Shown here: positions 8,691-16,930 of the stretch, piece after piece
Layout: every line of letters begins with the position of its first letter
Position numbering within the stretch: position 1 is the first letter of the stretch
NCBI GenBank assembly: GCA_965205675.1
Contig: OZ242186.1
Coordinates: forward strand, 1,273,533 to 1,305,532
Source of the DNA: Nitrosopumilus sp.
Lineage (GTDB): Archaea; Thermoproteota; Nitrososphaeria; Nitrososphaerales; Nitrosopumilaceae
DNA: 32,000 nt
Reading direction: 5' to 3'
The notes under the pieces: model-generated
Seen by the model: the letters and a program-made list of their open reading frames with translations, nothing else
What the model was told of the DNA's origin: nothing
The model's database searches: none
Translations under genes and position numbers: made by a program

Positions 8691-9557
8691 ATGAGCAAGC
8701 ACTCCTTCGTATGGTATAGAATAAGGCAGTTTGCCTCAGCTGAGAAAATAGATGATGTTCCGAGCCAGGACCTGTTGGTATTATGTGGCTCCATATCTGA
8801 TATTGTCATTGCAATTTTCCGTCTTGATGAGTCTGGAACATCCATATACCTACGGGTTCCTGATTTCTGCGCCAGTCAGGTCGAATCAATCATCTCCTTT
8901 GGTAAGGAAAAACAAGAGTATCCAGTATGCACAAAGATACAATCACTAGTAGAGCTCAAACTTAGAAAAAAATCCGTGTACCCACTTGTATCGAATCCTG
9001 CTGACATGCACCATAACGTCTTTTCGCTGTTCTCATCTGCACCGCAGGGAGCAATATTTCTAAAGCTATCGCATACTGATTCCAAAAAAACGAAAAGGCA
9101 GTACGATTCCATAAAACGCAGATATGAAAAACAAAAAGATGATGCAAAAAACACAAACTGGCACGAGTCTGCATGCAAGGCAAAGGCTGATTGCCGTCGA
9201 TTCTTTCATGCACAGTTATTCTTTGGAACCCTCACCCCGTCAGACATTGATGACTTTGAGCGGATTCTGCCCTGTGTCGGACGGGATATAGAGCCAAACG
9301 GATTGGTGCGAAAAAAATCAATCTTGTACAATTTAAAACATCCGAGAAGAGCACTTGATTTTTTGGAAAAGATACTGCTTGAAAAATCAAAAAAATCCGG
9401 AATGGTACTCTCCGAAAATGACATTGTACCTTTTGTTAGATTCCCTGAAAATGCAGACAGATTACAGATGGAGCCTGCCTCGTCTGAGACATTCTCATCA
9501 GGTCTCGCTGCAAATGTTCCTGACCCTCAAAAAGAATTTGAGGATGGTCTGTCATGA
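8691..9557 (+). CDS. Hypothetical protein
   Basis: 288-aa ORF with no hydrophobic segments. Its stop overlaps the next start (ATGA at 9554-9557). No motif recognised. Confidence 0.6.
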   Translation: MSKHSFVWYRIRQFASAEKIDDVPSQDLLVLCGSISDIVIAIFRLDESGTSIYLRVPDFCASQVESIISFGKEKQEYPVCTKIQSLVELKLRKKSVYPLVSNPADMHHNVFSLFSSAPQGAIFLKLSHTDSKKTKRQYDSIKRRYEKQKDDAKNTNWHESACKAKADCRRFFHAQLFFGTLTPSDIDDFERILPCVGRDIEPNGLVRKKSILYNLKHPRRALDFLEKILLEKSKKSGMVLSENDIVPFVRFPENADRLQMEPASSETFSSGLAANVPDPQKEFEDGLS

Positions 9558-10978
9558 TTATTGCCGTCTTTGCACTGGTTATATTTGCAACGACATTTGC
9601 AACCATCATACCTGCAATGGCAGACTCTGATTACATTGTAATCAAAGAAAATGTGTTGGAAAAGGGACACGGTAATTTGTATGTGGACATAAGTGGACGC
9701 ATCACTGGGGCATACGTTGAGATTGTGCTGTCTGCCCCCGACGGCTCGACATCTAATGCACAATCAAAGTTGGTAAATGATGTCTTGTCATATTTTATCT
9801 ATCTTGAGAGATCAAGTGATGCCGGACTGTACAGAATTGATATTACAGCATATGACTATGATGATAACAATGATGATGACGACTATGTCATTGTAAATGA
9901 ATTGACGGATTATTTTATACTGCTTGATAGTGGCTCCTCAATTGATATACACATTGAAAAAAATGCGTCAGTCGAATGTGTGCCAAAAACTGATTCCTAT
10001 GGCGAACCTTTGTACAAAAAAGGCGGATGTATCACTCCTGTACATGTGATAACGGCTGCAACTTTTGGTGTGAATTTTATCAATGATGATTACAAGACTC
10101 ATAACCTGCAGTTTGAAAAAGACGAAACAGGTCCTATAATTCCTGGTCTTAACACAATCATATTTCCACCACGCGGCGAACATGAATACCAATGTGCATA
10201 TCATCCGTGGGTAAAAGGAACGATACATGTTGAGAGGGTAAGGCAATTACAGTATGTGGAACCCCCTCCACTTGTAATTCCTGATGCACAAGACCATGAT
10301 CCTACAAACCCAAATCCCATATCCACTGATGCACAATATTCCCTTGATGATTGTGGACGGTGCTATGTCGGAAAGGTAACAAAGATAGTTGACGGTGATA
10401 CCCTATTTGTAAATGGCAAATCAATCCGTCTTGCATTGGCAAATGCTCCGGAGAGAAATCAAAAAGGATTTGCAGATGCAAAACTTTTCGTAGAGCAAAC
10501 ATGCAGAGTGGGGGACTCTGTGTTGGTGGACATTGATGATCTCAAACCATCTGACTCTTATGGCAAGCCTATTGCAAAAATTATTTGCGGTGAGATAAAT
10601 ATCAATGCAGAACTGCTTCAAAATGAAAACGCCGTACCATACGAATGGTTTTGCAAAAAGACAGAATTTGTAGATGAGCCGTGGGGCGCTGCTGCTTGTG
10701 GTGTTACAGAGTCAGGAGAACTAGAACCTGCAAGCATTCTAGATCTCGATATTCCCGAAGAGGTTGCATCAGTTGATATAGATATTATTAACGATACTGT
10801 AGGAGTAATACAATCTGGTCTGACCCCGTATGATGCCAGTCTGGAGATTCTGATATTATTGATAATTGCAATTGTGGTGATGGCGATACTGGCACTCATC
10901 ATACTGTCAAGACGCAGCACCGGCACCAGGGACAGCCTTGCATCTGATGATGCAGAGACATTCATCTATCTGAAATAA
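9554..10978 (+). CDS. Secreted, C-terminally membrane-anchored nuclease: cupredoxin-like region plus staphylococcal-nuclease (SNase/thermonuclease) domain
   Basis: N-terminal signal MIIAVFALVIFATTFATIIPAMA. THNLQF...HEYQCAYHPWVKGTIHV resembles a cupredoxin His/Cys/His ligand pattern with no axial Met. VDGDTLFVNGKSIRLALANAPE...DSYGKPIAKIICGEININAELLQNENA matches the SNase signature. C-terminal TM segment ILILLIIAIVVMAILALIILS. GAGGA lies 9 nt upstream of the ATG. Confidence 0.7.
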   Translation: MIIAVFALVIFATTFATIIPAMADSDYIVIKENVLEKGHGNLYVDISGRITGAYVEIVLSAPDGSTSNAQSKLVNDVLSYFIYLERSSDAGLYRIDITAYDYDDNNDDDDYVIVNELTDYFILLDSGSSIDIHIEKNASVECVPKTDSYGEPLYKKGGCITPVHVITAATFGVNFINDDYKTHNLQFEKDETGPIIPGLNTIIFPPRGEHEYQCAYHPWVKGTIHVERVRQLQYVEPPPLVIPDAQDHDPTNPNPISTDAQYSLDDCGRCYVGKVTKIVDGDTLFVNGKSIRLALANAPERNQKGFADAKLFVEQTCRVGDSVLVDIDDLKPSDSYGKPIAKIICGEININAELLQNENAVPYEWFCKKTEFVDEPWGAAACGVTESGELEPASILDLDIPEEVASVDIDIINDTVGVIQSGLTPYDASLEILILLIIAIVVMAILALIILSRRSTGTRDSLASDDAETFIYLK

Positions 10979-11300
10979 TTGTCAGGACCACAAAAATAGA
11001 ACTGTTTTTACGTGATCTGTTTTTCTTCAAGTAAACCTTTGATTTGTGTATGAAATCTCTTAAAAATTAAAATAGATCCAAGTAAGAGATAAAACGATTG
11101 GCTCAGATTATGGTTTGCAATATCATCATCTCTAAATGATAAGAGCGTCACGGCTTCATCGTTGCCAGTCATTTTTACTTGATTCATACAAAACATTGGC
11201 TTTAAATATAAGTTTGTTCTAATAATAGTAGAATGGTTTTATCTTCAAACTATGAAATCTCCAACTGGATCTTTTTTATCAGTAAATGTGTTAATTGAAC

Positions 11301-11326
11301 ACGTTTATTAAATGCGTTTATTAGAT
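11301..11326. repeat. 13-bp unit x2 (ACGTTTATTAAAT / GCGTTTATTAGAT)
   Basis: CGTTTATTA recurs at 11302 and 11315. Confidence 0.7.
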
Positions 11327-11332
11327 AAGTTC

Positions 11333-11362
11333 GTAATCGGTGGCCTCCACGCCACCGATTAC
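11333..11362. repeat. Perfect hairpin GTAATCGGTGGC-CTCCAC-GCCACCGATTAC
   Basis: 12-bp perfect stem with a 6-nt loop. It is GC-rich within an AT-rich intergenic region. Confidence 0.9.
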
Positions 11363-11365
11363 AAA

Positions 11366-11414
11366 CTGATTCTACTGACTGATTCTACTGACTGATTCTA
11401 CTGACTGATTCTAC
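11366..11414. repeat. Tandem repeat CTGATTCTACTGA, 3.8 copies
   Basis: Perfect 13-bp units at 11366, 11379 and 11392, and a partial unit at 11405. The array starts 3 nt after the hairpin and lies ~70 nt upstream of the TFB-like start. Confidence 0.95.
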
Positions 11415-11483
11415 AAAATTACTTGATGGACATTCAAAATAACCCGCTTTAAATCCAAAAAATATCTCCCTTTGTGACGACAT

Positions 11484-12164
11484 ATGAGTAGTTGTATTTT
11501 ATGCGGTAATGGTAATTTTGTTAAGGTTGAGACTGAGATCGTATGCTCAAAGTGCGGTGTTATCTCACATTATGATACGGCAGAAACGACGCCTGTTGGC
11601 TCAAAGTCGCGTATGCCAGTACATGAAGAGCAAAAAATCGGCTCAAAGAATATCATAGTAGATGGCATCACACTGCCACACATCAACAAAAAACGTACAG
11701 AGCAAATAATCTCAAGTCGCGACAGTCATCTTGACTCTTTTTCGAAAATCTGCTCCACTCTCGGACTGCCAAAGTATGTTACAGTAAATGCATTTGTGTT
11801 ATTCCAGAAATTAAAACCGGCAAAGCTGGGGTCTGGCAAGACTGCCGTGTTCTGTATTCATCAGGCGTGTATGGATGCAGGTATAACGTACGATGAGGGG
11901 AGACTGATTGCAGTTACGAGAACGCAACTTGGTTTGAAAAGACAGATATTTCTCACAAAGGCAATATATCAGGTAAAGCGGGTCGCACTAGAGCAGAAAC
12001 TCATTGTACCCTCATCTGATGATTCACATGAAAAATATTTTCTAAGAAAGATGATTCGTCCGAACCAAATGCGTGAGGCAGTTAAGATATCTGGCATGTT
12101 TGGAGGCAAAACCACTGACCAAAAGATGCGGCGTGTAGGGAGGTATCTTGATGCATACAACTAA
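11484..12164 (+). CDS. Short TFIIB/TFB-like transcription factor (Zn ribbon plus a single cyclin-like repeat)
   Basis: N-terminal C-x2-C-x13-C-x2-C ribbon (CILCGNGNFVKVETEIVCSKCG). Then SKICSTLGLPKYVTVNAFVLFQKLKPAKLGSGKTAVFCIHQACMDAGI, resembling a TFB cyclin fold. At 226 aa it is too short for two cyclin repeats. Confidence 0.6.
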   Translation: MSSCILCGNGNFVKVETEIVCSKCGVISHYDTAETTPVGSKSRMPVHEEQKIGSKNIIVDGITLPHINKKRTEQIISSRDSHLDSFSKICSTLGLPKYVTVNAFVLFQKLKPAKLGSGKTAVFCIHQACMDAGITYDEGRLIAVTRTQLGLKRQIFLTKAIYQVKRVALEQKLIVPSSDDSHEKYFLRKMIRPNQMREAVKISGMFGGKTTDQKMRRVGRYLDAYN

Positions 12165-13122
12165 TGATGATAGTAGCCTCAGCATTATTGCGCTAAGCAA
12201 GATATCGCTGCCAGAACTTGTCGTGATTCCATCGCAGTACGGCATTGAGCAGATTGTTACATCCTTTGCCCCTGATGCTGGCACTGATGAGTTGTCAATC
12301 AAAGTTGTAGAATCCAAAAACGGCTATGTTCTAGTCGATGGAATCGATGTATATTATGCTGCAAAAAAGATGCGTCTCAAGGAGATAAACGCATATGTCG
12401 TAAATGACTCTGTTGATCCCCAGATAACATACATTCGATATACAAAAAAAGACCAGCAAAATCCAATCAAGATAGTACGCCAGATGCGAAGATATGTCAA
12501 GGATAATGGTCTTCCAAAGACAATGCAGATGATGCATCTAGAACCAGTATACTCCAAAGTGTATGCCCTTGAATTTGATACAAAACTTGAAGATACATTA
12601 GATGAACTCTTTGATACGGCATACTCTAACGGGGTACGCTCCACTGCACCACTGCCAATGCTGCGGTTCATATGCAATCTCGATGAGGATGCACAGCATG
12701 TAGTAATTGGGAAACTCCAAAAACATGCAAAAGAGAACAGCGGTTACCGGTGGCCGCACAACGAGTTTCTAAAGGACATGATCCCCGAGTCTGATAATCC
12801 CTCAAAATCTGAGGGAGAGAAAAAACAAGACACTGCAAGCTCAGAGGTTACAACCTTTGAATGCACAAAGTGCAAGACTCCCCATCTGGTGCACGACGGA
12901 CGGGTCGCACCATACAAGGAGCAATCCGGACTGAAGATAATGGAGGGCGATATTGCAGACCCTATGATTTCACTTGGAAAAAAGCATGCAAAACATCTGG
13001 GAATTGATCTAGGCGATGTCCCAGAGGTGATTACTTCTGAGTCGGACTGGAAGTCAGTCACATCTAAGATGAGGGGTAGAAAGTTTGTAGTCTTGCTTGG
13101 GGCAGAATTTAACCCCTCTTAA
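12151..13122 (+). CDS. ParB/Srx-like N-terminal domain protein with C-terminal zinc-ribbon-like CxxC pair
   Basis: NGYVLVDGIDVYYAAKKMRLKEINAYVV resembles the ParB nuclease/CTPase-fold core. FECTKCKTPHLVHDGR lies near the C-terminus. GGGAGGT sits at 12138-12144, 6 nt before the ATG. Overlaps the TFB-like stop by 14 nt. Confidence 0.55.
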   Translation: MHTTNDDSSLSIIALSKISLPELVVIPSQYGIEQIVTSFAPDAGTDELSIKVVESKNGYVLVDGIDVYYAAKKMRLKEINAYVVNDSVDPQITYIRYTKKDQQNPIKIVRQMRRYVKDNGLPKTMQMMHLEPVYSKVYALEFDTKLEDTLDELFDTAYSNGVRSTAPLPMLRFICNLDEDAQHVVIGKLQKHAKENSGYRWPHNEFLKDMIPESDNPSKSEGEKKQDTASSEVTTFECTKCKTPHLVHDGRVAPYKEQSGLKIMEGDIADPMISLGKKHAKHLGIDLGDVPEVITSESDWKSVTSKMRGRKFVVLLGAEFNPS

Positions 13123-13127
13123 TACAA
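13118..13127 (+). promoter_or_regulatory. TATA-like box CTTAATACAA
   Basis: Overlaps the ParB-like stop codon. 16 nt separate it from ATG 13144, which is in frame with the track start 13135. Confidence 0.35.
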
Positions 13128-13134
13128 CGGCGCA

Positions 13135-13620
13135 ATGTATAATATGATAAGGCAAATCTTTTTTGTCCTGCAACCGTCGTCGCTGCAGGATTCCTTATCT
13201 TTACCGCTTTCTGGACTCTCCTATACAAATGAGCTGCTAATAGTGTCTTCTGCTGTTCTTGTACTCGGAGGTCTGTCAATTGGAGTGTTTTACTCTGACA
13301 CTGAATCCACATCTTCAATGCTTGTTGAAATTAACAGGATTAATCGTGATATTTTGAACGAAAAGATAGATGTTATCTCTGCTGATACGTCTGCAACACA
13401 CGTGGTGTTTTCTCTCAGCAATTACGGAAGTAGAGATACGGAGATAACGGCAGTACTTGACTCTGATGCAAATAGCATTGACTGTACAAGCAACAATGCA
13501 GATTCTGCTAACTTTGTGGTTCTGACTGGCAAGCACATGGAGGTCTCATGTGTACTGCAAGGAGATGACAAGTATTATGCAGTAACTGACACGGGGCAGA
13601 TTCTAAAGGTGATACCATGA
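13135..13620 (+). CDS. FlaF/FlaG/pilin-like protein (hydrophobic N-terminal helix plus beta-rich domain)
   Basis: ELLIVSSAVLVLGGLSIGVFY helix followed by IDVISADTSATHVVFSLSNYGSRDTEITAVL, the strand-N-x-G pattern seen in archaeal FlaF/FlaG-type proteins. The true start may be ATG 13144. Confidence 0.5.
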   Translation: MYNMIRQIFFVLQPSSLQDSLSLPLSGLSYTNELLIVSSAVLVLGGLSIGVFYSDTESTSSMLVEINRINRDILNEKIDVISADTSATHVVFSLSNYGSRDTEITAVLDSDANSIDCTSNNADSANFVVLTGKHMEVSCVLQGDDKYYAVTDTGQILKVIP

Positions 13621-15002
13621 AGTATTATTTTATGCTGATGCTGTTACTTTGTGCTGCTACTTGCATTCCTTTTGCACATGCATGGGAGTTCGGAATATTT
13701 GCACCAGGAGAGTCATACCATTATACCATATGCGATAACATAACACGCGATGCATTCACTGCAACTGCATCAAAGTGCTATGATATGCAGATGCGCGTAA
13801 TTGAGAATGTGAAGATGGATTCAGGATACGTGTGGATAATGCACGTTATAATGAATGGGTCTGATCATGACCTGGTTTTACTTGATGAGAATTTTGATGT
13901 AACCTCATTACACAACAGATACATTGAAGAGTCGCTCTCATCTACGCTTTTCTGGCTGCCTGATGATTCTCTCAGAGAGTTTGATCCAGTTATAGGAGAT
14001 ATCCTTGGAAGCGTGCCATCAAAATTCAAGGATGCTGAGATCATAGTTGCAGATTTTTTGGATTATGATGAAGGACAAAAAGAATATTCGATTTTATGGA
14101 CAAATGAATATGAAAACCAAATATGGATACGCGAGGGGGTTGCACTGCCAGTTAGAGCTAGCGTGTATTCTGAGATACATGCTGGGTTTGGAGAGAATCT
14201 TGCACACTCGTATGATCTAAAGTCGTATGTTTCTTCTGAAGAGTATCTCTTTGACCTACTTTCATCTGTGAGGTATCCTGATGATGCCTTCGTCGATGAT
14301 GCCTTCGTCGATGATGCCTTCGTCGATGATGCCTTCGTCGATGATGCCTTCGTCGATGATGCCTTCGTCGATGATGCCTTCGTCGATGATGCCTTCGTCG
14401 ATGATGCCTTCGTCGATGATGCCTTCGTCGATGATGCCTTTGTTGATGATGCCTTTGTTGATGATACCTTTGTCGATGATACCTTTGTCGATGATACCTT
14501 TGTCGATGATACCTTTGTCGATGATACCTTTGTCGATGATACCTTTGTCGATGATACCTTTGAGAACGAGGTATTGTCTGATGAAGAGTTCTATGGTGCA
14601 GATTTCGTTGGTGATGATTTGAGTGCGGATGAACCATCTCACCATGCTGATGATGAACCATCTCACCATGCTGATGATGTTCTATCTGAAATTCCTGAGT
14701 TTTTCCCCTCTGAGATAGTTAATTCTTCTTTGAATGATTCTGATGTTTTGTCTTTCTCAAATGCTTCATCGGATCTCAAACCCTCTGAAACTATGCCCTC
14801 CGAGCCAGTAGATGATATTGCAAACCCACAATCTCAATTTGATATAGACCCAAAGGATGAATCAGACTATGTAGATGATGCGCTCCCTGGAGATAATGAA
14901 ACTGAAACTCTAGAACGGGACGCTCAGAAATTACAAGATGAAGATGAACCATTTGGTTTTATTTTGTCTTTCTTTGAACCTCTTCTGGAAATTTTCAAGT
15001 GA
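13617..15002 (+). CDS. Secreted, highly acidic repeat protein (DDAFV/DDTFV pentapeptide array)
   Basis: Signal peptide MKYYFMLMLLLCAATCIPFAHA. AGGTGAT lies 3 nt upstream of the ATG. ATGA overlap with the previous gene. Contains a 19-unit pentapeptide array and a D/E/S-rich C-terminus. Confidence 0.7.
   Translation: MKYYFMLMLLLCAATCIPFAHAWEFGIFAPGESYHYTICDNITRDAFTATASKCYDMQMRVIENVKMDSGYVWIMHVIMNGSDHDLVLLDENFDVTSLHNRYIEESLSSTLFWLPDDSLREFDPVIGDILGSVPSKFKDAEIIVADFLDYDEGQKEYSILWTNEYENQIWIREGVALPVRASVYSEIHAGFGENLAHSYDLKSYVSSEEYLFDLLSSVRYPDDAFVDDAFVDDAFVDDAFVDDAFVDDAFVDDAFVDDAFVDDAFVDDAFVDDAFVDDAFVDDTFVDDTFVDDTFVDDTFVDDTFVDDTFVDDTFENEVLSDEEFYGADFVGDDLSADEPSHHADDEPSHHADDVLSEIPEFFPSEIVNSSLNDSDVLSFSNASSDLKPSETMPSEPVDDIANPQSQFDIDPKDESDYVDDALPGDNETETLERDAQKLQDEDEPFGFILSFFEPLLEIFK
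14280..14564. repeat. 15-bp tandem repeat x19 in three homogeneous blocks
   Basis: GATGATGCCTTCGTC x10, GATGATGCCTTTGTT x2, GATGATACCTTTGTC x6, and a terminal GATGATACCTTTGAG. Counted directly; in frame. Confidence 0.95.
14628..14675. repeat. 24-bp tandem repeat x2 (GATGAACCATCTCACCATGCTGAT; DEPSHHAD)
   Basis: Two perfect in-frame copies. Confidence 0.9.
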
Positions 15003-15020
15003 CAAGTTCATCAATTAGAA

Positions 15021-15263
15021 TCATAATAAAATAGACAACACAAGTAATATTGGAATACTGACTAATCCTATCATAAACAACGTTATAGATACTGTCAACC
15101 GTTTAGACTTGGTTTCAATTACACTTTCAGCTTGTGCTAAACATTGAATATACTCCTGACATAATACTTCATAATAATCTCTTTCAGATGCATTTATCCA
15201 ACTACTTAAAGTGCCTGGATTGACGTCGCCTGATCTGTTAAGAAATTTTTTACCTAATAATGG
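15021..15263 (-). pseudogene. Possible relic of a tail-anchored protein gene (open frame without a usable start)
   Basis: My own reverse-strand translation gives 80 sense codons between stops. They end ...KSKRLTVSITLFMIGLVSIPILLVLSILL*, a C-terminal TM anchor. There is no ATG, GTG or TTG before codon 56. Confidence 0.25.
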
Positions 15264-15478
15264 CTAGTTTTTGATCTAAATTGAGTTACTTTCCCATCTA
15301 CTGATTCAAACCGTATTCCTACGCCATTCTCATACCTAAGATATCAAAAGATGCGAAATAACAAAAGACGAATTCGAATATGTGAAAAAAGATTCAAAAT
15401 GAGAGACTAAGAATAATTTTTACAGTTCATGGATTTTGTAAAATGCGTCTTTTTAAGTAAAAATTACTATACATCTCA

Positions 15479-15772
15479 TTGGAGATTTACATAATCATAT
15501 TTTTGGTTATACTGCTTGCCTTTTTGAGTCTGTTCCTGACACACTATGTGAAAAAATCAAGAAAGTACGAGACAAAGGCATCATTTTATTCTGGTGCATA
15601 CATGCGGCTACGCGTATGGAATATCGATGATGCCCTGAAAAGATCCACAAGATCAAAGGAGACGCGCTTTTGGGGTGATATTATACTGAGAGGCGATACA
15701 GAACTTGCAACTCGGGGAGAGCCCGGGGAGACAATACTGGATGAGCTTTTTGGTCCATCACAGAAAACATAA
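15479..15772 (+). CDS. Small membrane protein (single N-terminal TM)
   Basis: TTG start preceded by TTTTAAGTAAAAA ~23 nt upstream. N-terminus MEIYIIIFLVILLAFLSLFLTHYV followed by a charged tail. Confidence 0.4.
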   Translation: MEIYIIIFLVILLAFLSLFLTHYVKKSRKYETKASFYSGAYMRLRVWNIDDALKRSTRSKETRFWGDIILRGDTELATRGEPGETILDELFGPSQKT

Positions 15773-16556
15773 GTTCCATCTCTTCTCTGGGGTTGATGTG
15801 AATATCCGGAGAATATCCCTTAGCATATTTGTCGGCATAACAGTTCTGCTTGTAGGACAGGTCTTTGTCAATGAATTCCTTGTGAGTTTTAATGTAGAGA
15901 CATCAGAGACTGCAAAGAGTGGTGGAGAGATAATCATACAAAACAACGGTGTAATTCAAGCACATGATGTCATGGCGTACTTGAAATTTACAGACGTTCC
16001 AAAAATAACCGATCATAATTGTTTGGAGGGAATAATTGATAGCAAATACAAAACAATAACCATACACTTTGACAGATTCTCTACAAACATTGCATGCGTG
16101 ATACATCTTGAGGAATTCTCAGGTGCAGATGTTACAATAACTTCCGATGATAGGACGGCGCACACCGGCAAATACCAAGAGTTGTGGGGTCTGCTTTACT
16201 TTGTATCTGCCATGTTTTTCACAGGTGCAGGACTGGTGATTTTTGCAACATACGGGTTTGCAAGGAGATGTTACTATAAGGCGGTGTTTTACTTTGGATG
16301 TCGAGGATTTGTGCCAATGGATTGCAGTGCGGAGATGTGCTCTGATATGCAAAAAGAATTCTCAATCAAGGTCTCTGATGCTGACATATCCATATTGTAT
16401 CACATCTCGAACCAAAGAAAAACACTGTACCAAATAAAAGCACATACAAAATTATCTGTATCCTATGTGGCATATCGCATCATGCGCTTGAGATGTCACG
16501 GACTGGTAGAAAAAGACAACACCCCATCAGAGTTTATTCTAAACTATTTCAGATGA
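15741..16556 (+). CDS. Membrane protein with FlaF/FlaG/pilin-like N-terminus and C-terminal winged-helix-like domain
   Basis: NIRRISLSIFVGITVLLVGQVFV helix followed by GGEIIIQNNGVIQ. A second TM segment LLYFVSAMFFTGAGLVIFATYGF. C-terminal DADISILYHISNQRKTLYQIKAHTKLSVSYVAYRIMRLRCHGLVEK. The start is ambiguous: TTG 15705, ATG 15741 or GTG 15798. Confidence 0.55.
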   Translation: MSFLVHHRKHKFHLFSGVDVNIRRISLSIFVGITVLLVGQVFVNEFLVSFNVETSETAKSGGEIIIQNNGVIQAHDVMAYLKFTDVPKITDHNCLEGIIDSKYKTITIHFDRFSTNIACVIHLEEFSGADVTITSDDRTAHTGKYQELWGLLYFVSAMFFTGAGLVIFATYGFARRCYYKAVFYFGCRGFVPMDCSAEMCSDMQKEFSIKVSDADISILYHISNQRKTLYQIKAHTKLSVSYVAYRIMRLRCHGLVEKDNTPSEFILNYFR

Positions 16557-16905
16557 GGTTCCTGATGATTGTGATGCCTTGCGAGTAATTTGATTTTGTT
16601 TTTTTACTATTTTCTTTCCTCCAACATGCCTCTAATTCATTATACCAGTTATGGGGTATGATCACTTTGAAAAGTTATGCCCAAAACTTGGCATGTCTTA
16701 AAATCGATCAGATGTGTTAACAGCAACATGGGAACCGCAAACACCAAAAGGAAGATGATCCGTATGTATCAAGCCTCATGCCTAGAATTTGTTTTTAGTT
16801 TCCATTTTTGTTCCTGATGGGGCAGATGACCTTTGCCGGTTCTGGCAAATAGCCTGAGAATGTTTCAAAAATCCCCCATCTCTTTTTCTGCGATAATTAT
16901 TCCCC

Positions 16906-16915
16906 TTTAATACAA
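16906..16915 (+). promoter_or_regulatory. TATA-like box TTTAATACAA
   Basis: 15 nt separate it from ATG 16931. Preceded by CCCC, as at 13114. Confidence 0.4.
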
Positions 16916-16930
16916 CTCTTTCTCTACTGT

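Noticed and set aside
11008-11196. 62-aa reverse-strand ORF in the AT-rich intergenic region
   Set aside because: It is the only antisense ORF there and has no motif, no SD motif and no convincing promoter. I cannot exclude a small gene, but the evidence does not support annotating it.
14158-14669. Three overlapping ORFs in other frames or on the other strand across the DDAFV array (HRQRY, GIIDK and MMPSS repeats)
   Set aside because: Any perfect 15-bp repeat is open in several frames. Only the + strand frame of 13617-15002 has a signal peptide, an SD motif and flanking non-repetitive coding sequence.
16819-16866. C/D-box sRNA: TGATGG … CTGA with an internal hairpin TTTGCC-GGTTCT-GGCAAA in the 374-bp gap before 16931
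   Set aside because: The C box is imperfect and there are no identifiable D' and C' boxes in the right order. The 6-bp hairpin is weak. This is insufficient for an ncRNA call.
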